From: Narcine bancroftii
Lineage: Eukaryota
Length of the DNA: 64,000 nt
Direction of reading: 5' to 3'
Assembly: GCF_036971445.1 (NCBI RefSeq)
Contig: NC_091475.1
Location: 48,360,001-48,424,000, forward strand
The notes below the pieces were generated by a model. It was not told where the DNA came from. It saw only the letters and a program-made list of their open reading frames with translations, and did no database searches. Below are positions 27,642-39,721 of this stretch, one piece after another. The first letter of the stretch is position 1; each line of letters opens with the position of its first letter. The position numbers and the translations under genes were made by a program.

Positions 27642-28007
27642 GCACCGGATTCTGCACCTGCGGCTGATGCTCCACCTGCGGCTGATGCTCCACCTGTAGC
27701 TGATTCTCCACCTGTAGCTGATGCACCACCTGTAGCTGATTCTGCAGCTACGGCTGATTCTGCACCTGTAGCTGATTCTGCAGCTGCGGCTGATGCTGCA
27801 CCTGTGGCTGATTCTACAGCTGCAGCTGCTACTGATTCTGCGCCCACACCAGATTCTGCACCTGCGGCTGATGCTGCACCTGCGGCTGATGCTGCACCTG
27901 CGGCTGATGCTGCACCTGCGGCTGATGCTGCACCTGCGGCTGATGCTGCACCTGCGGCTGATTCTCCACCTGTGGCTAATTCTCCACCTGTAGCTGATTC
28001 TGCACCT
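27642..28007. repeat. 18-bp tandem repeat array, about 20 units, consensus GCGGCTGATGCTGCACCT
   Basis: Direct reading. The period is conserved except for one 6-nt insertion at about 27822. The plus frame reads (A/V/T)AD(A/S)(A/P)(P/A) hexapeptides. Confidence 0.95.
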
Positions 28008-29198
28008 GTAGCCCTCGACAACGACAAGTTGTAGCAACTGTAACATGAAATGTCAACAATTTTGCCCTCTTCGTTTCTGACTGCTTAAAATAAAATGGTA
28101 AAATGTTAAACTTGGGGGTAGGTGTAGAATGAAAACATGTTTGTTTTATTCTTATGGACCCACTGTTCACACAAGTGATATCAACGTGTGAGAAAGTGGA
28201 ATATTGTCCAAAACTGCACCTGTTTCAAATAACGACGGCGATGGTTAATAAAGAAAGTTTGAACAATGAGAGCAAGGTAAGAAGCATTTCCTAATTATCC
28301 ATTAATGGTGAACCAGGCTTTCTTTTTTCATTTTGAACTTTATTACTAGTCCATTAAAAATCACTGTTGTGAAAGCTGATTTTGCTGGTTTTAAGAAAGG
28401 CAACATTCGGCTCAGCGTTTGGCCATTTCCGTGGATATCCGGGTAAACATATCGGTTCATACTTTGCAGCTACTAGTTTTCCTTTCGACTGGACCAACAT
28501 TCCACGAGATAAGTGGACAATGATAAAAATAAAAGCACTGGACGAGTGCCCAGGAATATTCTGGGGTGGACGGTAGCCAGCCTCCATTGTGCTGTATTGG
28601 ATCTTGTTTGATCAGTATAAATGTATCAGACTCCAAAGATAAAACTATAAATCCATGGGCGGCACACCGGCGAGCCAGGTGAGCCGATGGCTCACAGCGC
28701 CTGAGATTGGTCTCATCCTTGACCCCTTTAACAGGTGATCCGCCTTCTTTCCACAGAGACATGTAGGTGAATTGTAAATTGCCCCCAGTGTGTATGAGTG
28801 GTGGAATCTCGTGGGGAATATTTGAGGGAGGATTTTAAAAGTGTAAGTGGGTGGTTTGTTGATGGGTGCACGAGTCCATGGTGTATCTCAGTAGGAAACC
28901 AAAATAAGAAAGATCAAGTTAAAGGCCCATACAGAAAAAAAAAACAGTACATTCAATAAAAAGCCAAAGTACATCACAACTGGATGCTAGATGTCTTTTT
29001 AAAATCTGAAATAGTTGCAGCCCTGCATTTTGTGCTGAAAGTCTCACCATCTATATGATGAACCCCAAAATAGAGCTCAGTGTAAGAACATACAACATAC
29101 GTTAAATAGGGTGGCCATTCCAAAAGGTGGAGGTAGTCATAGGTTACCATATATACAGTGTGTTTGCATTTGTTTTTGCAATACTGTTTAAATCTTTT

Positions 29199-29201
<3 letters not shown>

Positions 29202-29233
<32 letters not shown>
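29202..29233. repeat. (AT)n microsatellite
   Basis: Direct reading. Confidence 0.9.
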
Positions 29234-29236
<3 letters not shown>

Positions 29237-29431
29237 AACATGCTATATATGGTAACCTATGACGATGTAATCCTTTTGGAATAGCCACCCTGGCGGTAAA
29301 CCAAGAGCAAATTATAGTCATCAATTGTTCAGATTTCTCCAGAAATTTTCTTTTATTGGTATGTCAGGTTGGTCATCCGCTCTCTTCCCGAGCCTGCATT
29401 TCCTCATTGGGTCTTGATTTTTTTTTGCCTT

Positions 29432-30122
29432 TGTTACAAGCCCAGAGGACCCCAAAACCCAGCAGCAACAGAAATTCACCAAGACAAATGGTTACTTAAA
29501 CGAAAATTGCTTCTAATTATCTTTAAACATGAAAACAGGATTGCACTTTAACTTATCCCTATTGCTTTAACAATCCTAACTTAACCCCTTCTAATTCTAA
29601 GCACACGTGTATACAGTGGGTGTGTAAGTTCAGAAAAGTTCTTTGGATCACAGTCCAATCTCACTTCTCATTCCTCCAAGTTGACTGGTTCCAGGCAATT
29701 CTTATACTGTGCACAAAATTTAACATTTATGAAGTTCACCAGGCTTTGGTGCTTGAAAGATAAACGGTTACTGCTCAGGAAGGTTCTTGTCAGTTTTCAG
29801 AGAGAGATTTGTTGTTCCAGGACACCCATAACTGATTTACTTCCATCAGCCACTTCAGTGTCTTGCTGAGAAAACTTGCCCCCTCAGGGTTCTCCAGATG
29901 ATAACCCCTTTCTTTCAGGTCACTACTGAGTTCCTTTTTGTTTCTCTTATTCCAAATGAAACATTAGACATCCAGTTCTCTCCTCTTGCATGAACCACAA
30001 AGACTTTGACCAGGCTGAACTAAGGACTCGTAACTTGTCTTCCAAATGGGGTTTTCCACAAGCTTGCCAGCTTGTCCTGATCCAGTCTCAGCTGCTGCTG
30101 CTGGCTGTAACACTATAGAACT

Positions 30123-30156
<34 letters not shown>

Positions 30157-30392
30157 AGAACGCCTGATTGACTCTCTCTGCTTGCAAAACAACATGACCC
30201 TCTTAGAACAGCAAGTTCCACTACAGATAATCTGTGGATCTGACAAGCTCTTTCATCTGTTGCCATTTTGTAAACAACAATCTATTAGTGAAGTCTCTTG
30301 GGCACTCTCCAAAGCTTCTGCAAAGACTGTTGACCCTGACATGTCTACCATGGGAAAAAGCTCCAGTATTTTAAATAAGATCTGTTTTAAAG
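29432..30392. mobile_element. LTR-like repeat (begins TGTTACAAG), truncated; same family as 1929-2482
   Basis: TG terminus, about 450 bp shared with the copy at 1929-2482, no coding capacity. Confidence 0.55.
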
Positions 30393-30499
30393 CTGCTCCT
30401 CCACCTTGGCTACTCAGATCACATATCTGTCCTAACCCTGACATATAAACCACTGTCAAAGTAAACTAGGTCAGTTGGCAGGGAGATCAGGAAATTGCC

Positions 30500-33400
30500 T
30501 AAGGTTGGGGGTGTCACAGCAGTGCTGCAAGACTGCTTTGAGACCACGGACTGGAGCTGTTTCATGGAGGCAGGCACCATTAAACATGGAGGAGTACACG
30601 AGCTCAGTGACTGGCCACATTAGCAAATGCATTGAAGATGTTACAGATCAAATGCTTCACAACCAGAGCTAACCAGAAACCACAGTTGGACGCAGAAGTC
30701 CAACACTAATAAGAACTCGAGATGCTGACTTCAGGGATAGGGATAAGGTGGCACTAAGATCAGCCAGGGCTGAACTCTCACGTGCAATGCAGAAGGCAAA
30801 GCAGGAGTACAGACAGCTGTGTGGCAATGGATCAAGACTATAGTGCAAGTTAAAGACAATAATACTTCCCTTCCAGACAGACTGAACATCTGTGCATGGT
30901 TTGATGAGAACTTGATGACACTGAAGAAAGCTCACTCTCCCTGATGAATAGGCCCCCTGCATAGTTGCAGCTGAGGTGATGAGAATCCTATCCAAGGTGA
31001 ATCACAAAATGGTGGTGAGACCTGACAACAGACCTGGTCGGGTACTGAAAGACTGTACAAACCAAATGACAGAAGTCATCACAAACATCTTCAACACCTC
31101 ACTGCAGCAGTCTACCATTCCCACTGGGTTCAAGTAAACAGCCATCATCCCAGTATCCAAGAAAGTGACAATGACAGGCCTCAATGACTACTGTGGCACT
31201 GACCTCCAGCATTATGAAATGCTTCAAGAGCCTGGTGATGAAACGCATTAAGGCGCACCTCTGAGAGCTGTTGAAGAAACCTTTCCACAGCTGATGCTAT
31301 AGCCTTGTCCCTTCTCTTCATCCTGACCCACCTGGAGAATGATGTCTCACATACCAAGCTTCAGTTCATTGACTTCTGCTTGGTGTTTAATATGATTGTT
31401 CCCCAGAGGCTGGTGGAGAAGCAATCCCCACAGGGACTCAACACCTCTCTCTGCAACTGAATTTTGGACTTCCTAACAGAAAACCCACAGTCTGTCTGGG
31501 TCAGAGCGGAACATCGAGCCACATTTCGCTGAGAACTGGTGCACCTCAGATTTGTGTGCTCATCCTGTTCCTGTTCATGCTACTGAGCCATGACTGTATC
31601 ACCAGATCCAGCTCCAACATTGACATCAAGTTTGTAGATGACACAACAGTAATTGGTTTTATTGGCAACAACAATGAGATGCACTGTAGAGAAGAGGTGG
31701 AAAATCTCGTGAAATGACGCGAAGATAACAACCTGAATCTCAACATGGACAAAATGAAGGAGTTGATTGTCGATTTCAGGAGGACCAGGAATGATAGGTC
31801 CAAGCCAGCATGGTTTCATGAGGGAAGATGGTGGCTGACCAACCTATTTGGGTTTTGAGGAAATCTCAAGTAGGATGGACAAGGGAAAGGCTGTGGATGT
31901 TGTATATTTGAATTTTCAAAAGGTGTTCAATAAGGTCCTGCATAAGAGGCTGCTTAATGAGAGCCCATGGAAATACAGGAAAGATATTAGATTGGGTGCA
32001 GCATTGGGTGATGGGCAGAAAGCAAAGGATGGGATTAAAGGGTCCAGTTCTGGTTGGTTGCTGGTTACTAGTGGCGTTCCGCAGGGGTCGATGTTGGGGC
32101 TGCTTATTTTTTACAATGTATATTGATGATTTAGATTATGGATTGAATGGTTTGTGCCTAAGTTTGCAGATGACACCAAGTTAGGTGGTGAAGTAGGAAG
32201 AAACAGAAAGGTTGAAGAGATACCTGGACAGCTTAGGACAGTGGGCAAAGAAATGTTGAGAAATGTACGGTTGTACATTTTAGAAGAGGAAATAAACAGG
32301 CAGATTATTATTTTGATGAGGAGAAAATTTAAAATTCAGAAGTGCAACAGGACTTGGGTGTCCTCATGCAAGATACCACCAGGTTGGATTGACAGTAAAG
32401 AGGTGTTGATGAGGCTCTATGCGGCACTGATGAGACCTCATTTGGAGTACAGTGTGCAGTTGTGTGCCCCTTTTCTTAGAAGAGATGTAGTGATTTTTTA
32501 AAGAGTGCAGAGAAGATTTACCAGGAATGCAAGGCCTAACATATGAGGAACATCTTTCGGACTGTATTCATTGAAGTATAGACAAATGTGAGGGGATCTC
32601 ATAGAAACATTTCAAATGCTTAAAGGATTAGATAGAGTAGATCTGAATCAGATGTTTCCCTTGGTGGGTGAATCCAGGACATTAAGGCACAGTCTTAGAA
32701 TTAGAAGGTACCCATTTAAAACAGAGACGAGGAGAAATTTCTTTAGCCAGAGGGATGTGGAATTCTATGCCACATACAGCTGTGGAGGCTAGATCATTGG
32801 GGGAGTTTAAGGAAGAGATTGATAGATATCTATTTAATCAAGCGATATGGGCAAAAGGGCAGAATTTGGGACTAGTTGTGAAAATGGTTTCGCTCATGGT
32901 GGAGTTGTGGGGAAGACTCAGTGGGCTGAATGGCCTGCTTCCGTACCTTTAGCTTATTTTTTCTTGTGAATGACCACATCAACAACTCTGTAATGGAGAG
33001 AGTGGAGAGCACCACGTTTCCATGGAGTTCACTTAACTAGTGACCTATTGGAGACACAGAACATCTCATTTGTCGCGAAGGTGCAACCATGACTGCACTT
33101 CCTGAGAAGACAGAAGCGGGAAAGGCTATTGACCACCATTCTACAGGAGCTCTTTTGAAAATGTTGCAGTGTGGTAGGTTGCTGCAGTGAGATGAATTGG
33201 AGGTTCATCCATAAGAGTGGCAGAGAGGATCTCAGGATCTCCCCCTAATCCATCGACGTGATCTACTGAGATCTTTGCCTGAAGAGGATGTGCAAAATCA
33301 TGGAGGACCCCTTCCACCCTACACACAGCATCTTTCAGCTGCTCTCATTGGGAAAGGGATACAGGAGTGTCAGAGGCAGCACCACCAGGTTGAGGAACAG

Positions 33401-33600
33401 CTTCTTCCCACAGACAGTGAGAATGTTGAACGACCAAAGGAACTGCTCACATTAACTATCCAAGACTCATTTGTATAACTGAATGCTTGTCCTGCATTTG
33501 TATTGTTTGTTTGTATGTGTGTTATGTCTGGTTGTGTGTCTGCGTGTTTTACACTGAGGACCAGAGAAAACTGTTCATTGAATTCTACTTGTGCAATCTC
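30500..33600 (+). mobile_element. Degenerate Rex1/Babar-like LINE, interrupted by a CR1 at 31795-32967
   Basis: RT remnants (VITNIFNTSL, AIIPV.KK, KFVDDTTVIG, NLNMDKMKELIVDFRR). The 3' part matches the copy at 51351-52492. Confidence 0.7.
31795..32967 (+). mobile_element. 5'-truncated CR1 LINE inserted in the Rex1-like element
   Basis: VDVVYLNFQKVF.KV.H, TSGVPQGS.LG, KFADDTKLGG, RPHLEYSVQ. Flanked by GAATGA at 31789-31794 and 32968-32973. Confidence 0.8.
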
Positions 33601-33879
33601 TGACAAGCACTCAACAGCACAAAGACAGCTTCTTCCCCTCTGCCAAAAGATTCCTGAATACATGAATCAAAGACACTGCCTTACTTTTCGTGCACTACTA
33701 TTTTTAAAAAATTTATAGTAATGTTGTAAGATGATTCATAATATGAATATTTGCACTATGCCACAAAACACCAAATTTTATGACAATAAATTTTGATGCT
33801 GTAGTCAGTCATAGTTGATGTGGAATTCCTATTCTTGGACGTGAGCATGTTCTCACATCTGGTATTTCAGTAAGATCCT

Positions 33880-35360
33880 ACAGTTTAATGATAGAGATTA
33901 ATTCTTTCAGTTGAGCTGCCATACCTGTCTAAATTGTACCTGCGTCTACCTCTTCCTCAGGTGACTTGTTCCTCTGTGTGAAATGTGCCCCTTGGGTTAT
34001 TTTTAAATCTTTTACATCTTAAACTTTACTGCCCAAACCTGAACAAAATACTGCGACTATTTACCTTGTTCATGCTCTTCTTGATTTTCTATACCTCTGC
34101 TTCCTACAGTCCAGGGAAAAAGGCTTCAGTCTCTCCTTGTAACTCAAGCCCTTCAATTCAGCAACCTTTTCGACACCTCGGGAATCTTTTCAACACCCTT
34201 TCCATCTTACTGACATTTTTCCTGTAATTGAGCAACCAAAACCGCACACAATATTCACCAATGTTTTGTGCAGCTTGTGATCATAGGGGATCGTATCACC
34301 TCTGTATATATTTGCATATAGTGATAATGATTGGCTGAGAGCCCTAGCCACACCTACTGGCCAGGTCATAAGGTGCTGCACCTAACCAGATCCAGGTTAG
34401 TTTGGACTGGTTGACCTCTATGTACTACGCTCCAGTCTTTTGGTAATGAAAGCCTTGGTTTGAATCTACAAGTCTTTGAGTCAATCAACGCGCTACACAG
34501 CTGTAACAAGACATCCTAACTTCTGTATTGAATCCCCTTGTTGGTGACGGCAGACATTAAGCACCACCATCCTGTGTCATCATTTTCCCAGAACTATGTG
34601 TCTTGGCTTCACTCTCCAGGACCCTGTGACTTATTGTGCAAGTCCTGCCCTGGTTTTAATTGACAAAATGGATTACCTCACACGAACAGGAGTTAAATTT
34701 CATCAGCCATTCCTTGGTCCACTTCAACAACCTTTTTCATTAGATGCTATATTGCCAATTTTGGTGCCATTCTCAAACTTATTAAGCTGTTAACTATATT
34801 GTCAGTGAGACTAATTATTTGAATAACAGTAGCAGACACAGTATAGATCCCTATAGCACACCACTGGTCATTTGTATCTAATCACTAAAATATCCTTCTA
34901 TTATCACCTCTGACACCTTCCACCATGATAATTGGCTAGCTCGAACTGGATCATGGTATCTGACCAGCAGGCCATATGGGACCTTATCAAAGGCCTTGCT
35001 AAAGTCCAAATAGACAATGTCCACTGCCCTGCTATTATCTATCCTCTTGGTGACCTCTTCAAAGAGCATGTGAGACATGATTTCTCAATGCCAAAGCCAT
35101 GCATAATTTCCCCTAGTCCTTGCCTCTCCAAATGATGGGCGATCCTGTCCCTCAGAATCCCAGCCAGCAACTTGCCCACACAGATATCAGAATTATGACT
35201 CTGTATTTACCTCATTTTTTCTTGCTGTACTTGTTAAATAAAGCCACCTTTTAATCTTCTGGTACCTCCCTTGTGGCTACTATGATGATGTAATGGGGGG
35301 GAGGAGGAACGTATTATATTTCTGCCAGGCTCCCAGCAATTTTGTCGCTAGCTTACCACA
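33880..35360 (-). mobile_element. Degenerate CR1 LINE fragments
   Basis: Minus-strand ORF 34878-35078 reads FEEVTKRIDNSRAVDIVYLDFSKAFDKVP. Confidence 0.65.
34276..34497 (+). mobile_element. Solo LTR (222 bp) with 5-bp target-site duplication
   Basis: Starts TGT, ends ACA, flanked by CAGCT at 34271-34275 and 34498-34502, and interrupts CR1 sequence. Confidence 0.8.
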
Positions 35361-35860
35361 ATTTCAAAGAAAATGTGCTCACTCAAAACTTTGGTAAACA
35401 AACAAATGAAAATGTAACCATGGCTAAGGCTTTAGGTGCATTGTTTATTGCCGTTCTGTAGATTTTCAGCAGTGAAAGGATTCAGTCTGATCCAATCGAC
35501 ATCTTCTTGCGTGTACTGTAACTACACCAGGAGATGGCATCCTTATTCAAAACATTTATCTAACCATTTTTTATCATTAAAAGGTGATTTATCAAGTCTA
35601 CAGGTTTAATAAATTCTAATTATTTTATAATTTACTAATTACATTCTTGAGGAAAATGGTCAACATATGAACACTGACTTTACAGGATTGGAGGCATAAG
35701 TGGTAAAGGTTAGACTTTGTACAAATTATTCTTTTATTCGATTGAAGCTTGTATAAAATATTGGGGCATGAGTATCCATTGCCATTCTGCATGGACAGAA
35801 ATGGCACAAAGCGAGTCCATGGGAATGGTTGCTGTTCCTCAAGCCAAGCCCAGATCTCCA

Positions 35861-35989
35861 TTACTCCACCTTGGGGACAAATTTGAGCTCACTCTTGGCA
35901 TCTTGGAGTTGCTTGAGGTTGACAGCGGGTCCTGGTAATTTCACTGCTCCAGGCAGCTCTTTCTTCTCATCTGATTTGTTGCATGTCCC
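35861..35989 (-). CDS. SMPX: SMPX last coding exon
   Basis: Acceptor ...gatacag, then [42 protein letters not shown], matching the recalled SMPX C-terminus ([28 protein letters not shown]). Phase 0. Confidence 0.93.
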   Translation of the reverse strand, partial: GTCNKSDEKKELPGAVKLPGPAVNLKQLQDAKSELKFVPKVE

Positions 35990-38107
35990 CTGTATCAGAT
36001 AATAATCAATTATTATTAGTAGTAAAGAAGAACACCGTTACCCCACACTTCAGTCTCACTTTGGGAAAGAAGGCTATTTTGGTTCATTTGAAGCATTTTT
36101 ATAGCTGAATGAAAGGCTTGTGGTTTGAGGTTGACACACATCACTCAACTGTAAAATCTTTGCTTCTAAACAGAAAATTGTGGTATCAAATCTGCTCCAG
36201 AGACAATATTTCAGCACCAAACCTACTCTTTCATGCTAGCCCAGAAACAAGAATATTCTGCATTGTCAAAAATGTCCACTTTCATTGAAATCTAATATTT
36301 CAAAGTAGCAAAAGAGTTTTCCCAGATGGCATGGACAATGCTCATTATTTACCTAAAATAATTGTAGCAGTTTGTGGAAACTGCTATGTTCAAATTAGTA
36401 CTTCACAGGTGCTTGAATCTTGAGCAAAGAGAAGCTGAAATGACTAAGCAGGTCAAGCTGCATCCAGGGAAATGAATGGACCCTTTATCAAGACTCCAAA
36501 GGTCAATGAAAGATGTCTTAAGCCTATCCCACCCAAATTAGATTAAAGGTCTTAAATAAGAAGTTAAATTTGTGCAATCCAGGTGTGGACAGAGGAGGCA
36601 TAGCTCTCATGTTATTTCAGGCTGGTCTACTGTAAGGCAACGTAAAAGTCTTATTTTAGTCCGTTGAAATAAGACTGAATCTCAATAAAATGCCCTGAGG
36701 TGAAATGGTCCATTTCCTTGTGGACAAATTAGTCGCCATTTTTCCCATATTACAATTGTGACTGCTCCATAAATACTTAATCAGCTTGAAACATTCTGTG
36801 AACATCCAGAACACTCAATATATGAAAATAGAATTAAGCACAAAAGTCTGCAGATGTAGTGATTCGAGTTTAGTAGACAGAAGCGTTGGAGAAACTCAGC
36901 AGGTCATGCAGCATTCTTTATGGCAAAGATGCAGAACCAACATTTCAGGCCTTAGCTATTTTTCAAAGCACCTGCCTGCTTTTTGTTCAACCTTTGACAA
37001 AGAGCTGCAGCTCAAAATGTTGGTTCTGTATGACCCGAGTTTCTCCAGCCCTTCAATATTTGAATTTTTTCCTTTGTGGTATTGGAGCATAAATTCCTTG
37101 TACACAAGACAAGATCACTCTGTAATATGTTGCATGTTCTTCTTGAACACGAGACATTATTTATTTATTTATTAAGAGATTGATGTTTCCAACCTACTCC
37201 TTCCAGAGTAAATTAAAGGTCTAGAATAAAAAGGGTTAAATTCATGCAATGCAGATGTGAACAGGAGACATGGCTCCAATGTTCCTTAAAGCTTCTGAAT
37301 AAATAGAGGAAAAAAAATGTATTGTCATATTTTACTTTGCTTCAATGAGACTGGGAGTGCACTGCTGTGATTGTTACTGAAGTATTAATCCAAAGGCTAG
37401 AACTATTAATCTGATCTCCAGCAACGGTTATGGAAAAGAGGAAAAAATACTAGACTTTATTGTATAAACTATTATTGGGTTGTTCATAAAATTCCATCTG
37501 CTTCACTCATACAATGTAAGAAAGCAAATCTCTTAGATTTGTGATCTCTTTCATCCAGCAAAAAAGGGTCACTGGATGGCAGAGGTCACAAACAATCGAC
37601 TCCAAATCCTCCAAGTCGTACACCATCTTGATTTGGAAGTATGCCAGCCCACAGTGTTGAACTAAAATATTAGAATCGCCCCCCCCCCTCCCCACTCTTA
37701 TCAATGGTACAAAAAAGTATTTCAAGGGCAATTAGAAAAGACCCGACTTGTAAGCAATGTGTACAATGAATTAATAATTAAAGTAAATAATGGCGCTGGC
37801 TCTGCAGTTCATGCTGGCGCCTGTCATTCCAAACTCTGGCTTGCACTGGAACAGATGCCTCCCCTCCCCTCTCAGCTGGGCTTTGGTTCTACTTGCAGAA
37901 AGCGGTGGTGCAACATTGAGGACAGAGTCTGTGGTCACAGTGACATTACTGACCATGGAAAAGTGCTGTGTGCTCTGTCGGATTACAACAGTGAATGCAG
38001 TCCTGAGAGCAACAGTTGGTTGTATCTCGGTGGGCGCCCCGATCTGGAGAAATCCGCGCCGAGAGAACGCTCTCTCCATTGGTGCTGTCGTTCACCATCT
38101 CTCTTAC

Positions 38108-38194
38108 CTCGTCAGCTTCTGCTGTGCATTCTTTTCTTTTACTGGGATGTCCAGCTCCAGGGAGGAAGGCACCCATGGGTATGTTTAAGTTGGC
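38108..38194 (-). CDS. SMPX: SMPX second coding exon (87 bp)
   Basis: ttacag acceptor and GTAAGA donor. Encodes [29 protein letters not shown] (SMPX motif ANINIPMGAFRPGAG). Phase 0 at both ends. Confidence 0.95.
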
Positions 38195-38339
38195 CTGTAA
38201 TTATTGCAGACAAAGTAACCATTCATTAGTGCCAATCGCTCCTGTGTGGATTCGGAGGACGCCATGCCGTTTGGTTTGTTTTTTCATCCCTGGCTTCGCG
38301 CACCAGGTACCTTGTGGTCACGTTGTTTGTTTGTCTCAC

Positions 38340-38375
38340 CTGGATGGATTTGACGTTGGAGCTTCGTTTGGACAT
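38340..38375 (-). CDS. SMPX: SMPX first coding exon (exon spans 38401-38340; ATG at 38375)
   Basis: Acceptor ctcgtttttag, encodes MSKRSSNVKSIQ, donor GTGAGA. Joined product is 83 aa. Confidence 0.92.
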
Positions 38376-39507
38376 TGTGTCGGGAGAAGCCTGAGTTCCC
38401 GCTAAAAACGAGAAAAGACAATTAAATCCAAACATTCAGAATCTAGGAGTCGTCCTCTTGGAGCACTGGAATGGACAAAATTGGTGTCGCGTTATCGCTG
38501 GCCCGGCTGCTAATAAATCTTACGGTGTTCATTTCAGTGTTGCCTGGATACCTCCTACAGGGACACAGGCTACAAACATCTGATCCTCCGTTGATCGAGT
38601 CGGGGCTGAATCTTTAATAGACAGCCAAGTTGCGCTCCCAGCCCAATGCAATCACGCCGCGGAAAGCAGAAGGCGTCCGCGGGCCTGGGAACACTTGAAA
38701 AGTTTGGCTTTATCCAACAAGTACTGTTCAGCGACAAACAGACCCACCCACAAGCGCGGCGGAGCCTGTGCTCGGCTGCTGCAAGCGGGACCTTGTGATC
38801 TCCGCCAGGTGGGGAAAGTGGACAAAAGCAGCAACGAAACCAACGGGCAGTTCACATCACGCTGGATTCAATCGTCGGCCAGGCGAGGCAGTCATTGATA
38901 GGCTCAGATGGAACTGCTTGAAATAGGGGAAATGGGTGACCCTCACTGTTGAACCACAATACTAGAACACCCCCCCCCCCCCCCCACGTTCGCCCTGTGG
39001 GAGTTCTCTGATCAATGATACAAGAAAGTGTTTCAAGGGCAATTGCAAGATGAGGGTGTCGCTGTCAGGACAACTTTAATGCTAATGTCAACCCTCATCT
39101 CGTGGTGGTGAACGACATCCAAGTGTCCTCGTCTTAGTATCATGGAACATTTAAAGCCGCCGTGCACACACAACAGAGGGACTGGGCGACACGATTGGAA
39201 CGGCTCCCGACACCAGAGTTTGATCCGCAGAAATGTGACAGGGGCTGGGGCTGAAGGCGGGAAAGGTCACTCTGGGTCTGGTCGGGACCGTCACGTCACA
39301 GCCCGGGGACTGGACCGGGAGAAGTGCCCAACAAGGTCACACAAGGCAGAGCCGCTGAGAGTGAAAACTCGGGACTCCAGTCATATCGCTGCATGTCTCT
39401 GCGGCTTGACGTTCTCCTTTCTTGCCCTCTCGATCCATCCGGCCGAACTTCTTCCCAAGACCGACGACTCGGCCCTGAACGGACGACAGAAGAATTTAAA
39501 GACGTAC

Positions 39508-39721
39508 CTGTGGAGTGGAGGCCGCCTTCTCGCCAGAGGAGCGGGCTCCTTTTCCGCTCGTTGTGCGGAACCACCAGTTGGATGCTGGCCGCTGCTGAAG
39601 GTGGGAACTGAAAGAACCGAGGTTATTGGACGAGGAGCAGGCGGCCCCGCATCAGTCCAGCTTGGAAGCGGCCGGCGAAAAGATTCCTGACGCGGCTGCC
39701 AGTTGTTCCAACTAAAAATAG
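39508..39721 (-). promoter_or_regulatory. Probable SMPX non-coding exon 1 and promoter, with MEF2 site at 39712-39721
   Basis: Minus-strand donor CAG|GTACGT at 39508/39507, CCAAT near 39625 and a perfect MEF2 consensus CTAAAAATAG. Fits a striated-muscle gene. The transcription start is not determinable. Confidence 0.55.

Larger units (their letters stand above)
23960..27700. promoter_or_regulatory. CpG island covering KLHL34 and about 1.6 kb upstream
   Basis: Very high GC and abundant CpG compared with the CpG-depleted AT-rich flanks (judged by eye). Confidence 0.8.

Noticed and set aside
27642-28007. 18-bp array (and the 23-bp array at 57531) as a CRISPR array
   Set aside because: Contiguous tandem units with no unique spacers, no cas genes, eukaryotic context.
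27543-28046. Calling the Arg/Cys-rich frame a protamine, or the Ala-rich frame an antifreeze protein
   Set aside because: The similarity is compositional only, with no homology or expression support. Kept as an open finding, not a feature.
28354-28587. Short ORFs on both strands downstream of the 18-bp array
   Set aside because: No recognisable motif or convincing splice signals; length within chance expectation.
37655-39050. Similar ~80-bp motifs with poly-C in two SMPX introns (37655-37735 and 38948-39046)
   Set aside because: Both end in tcaagggcaatt and look like decayed 3' tails of one old LINE family rather than a locus-specific element.
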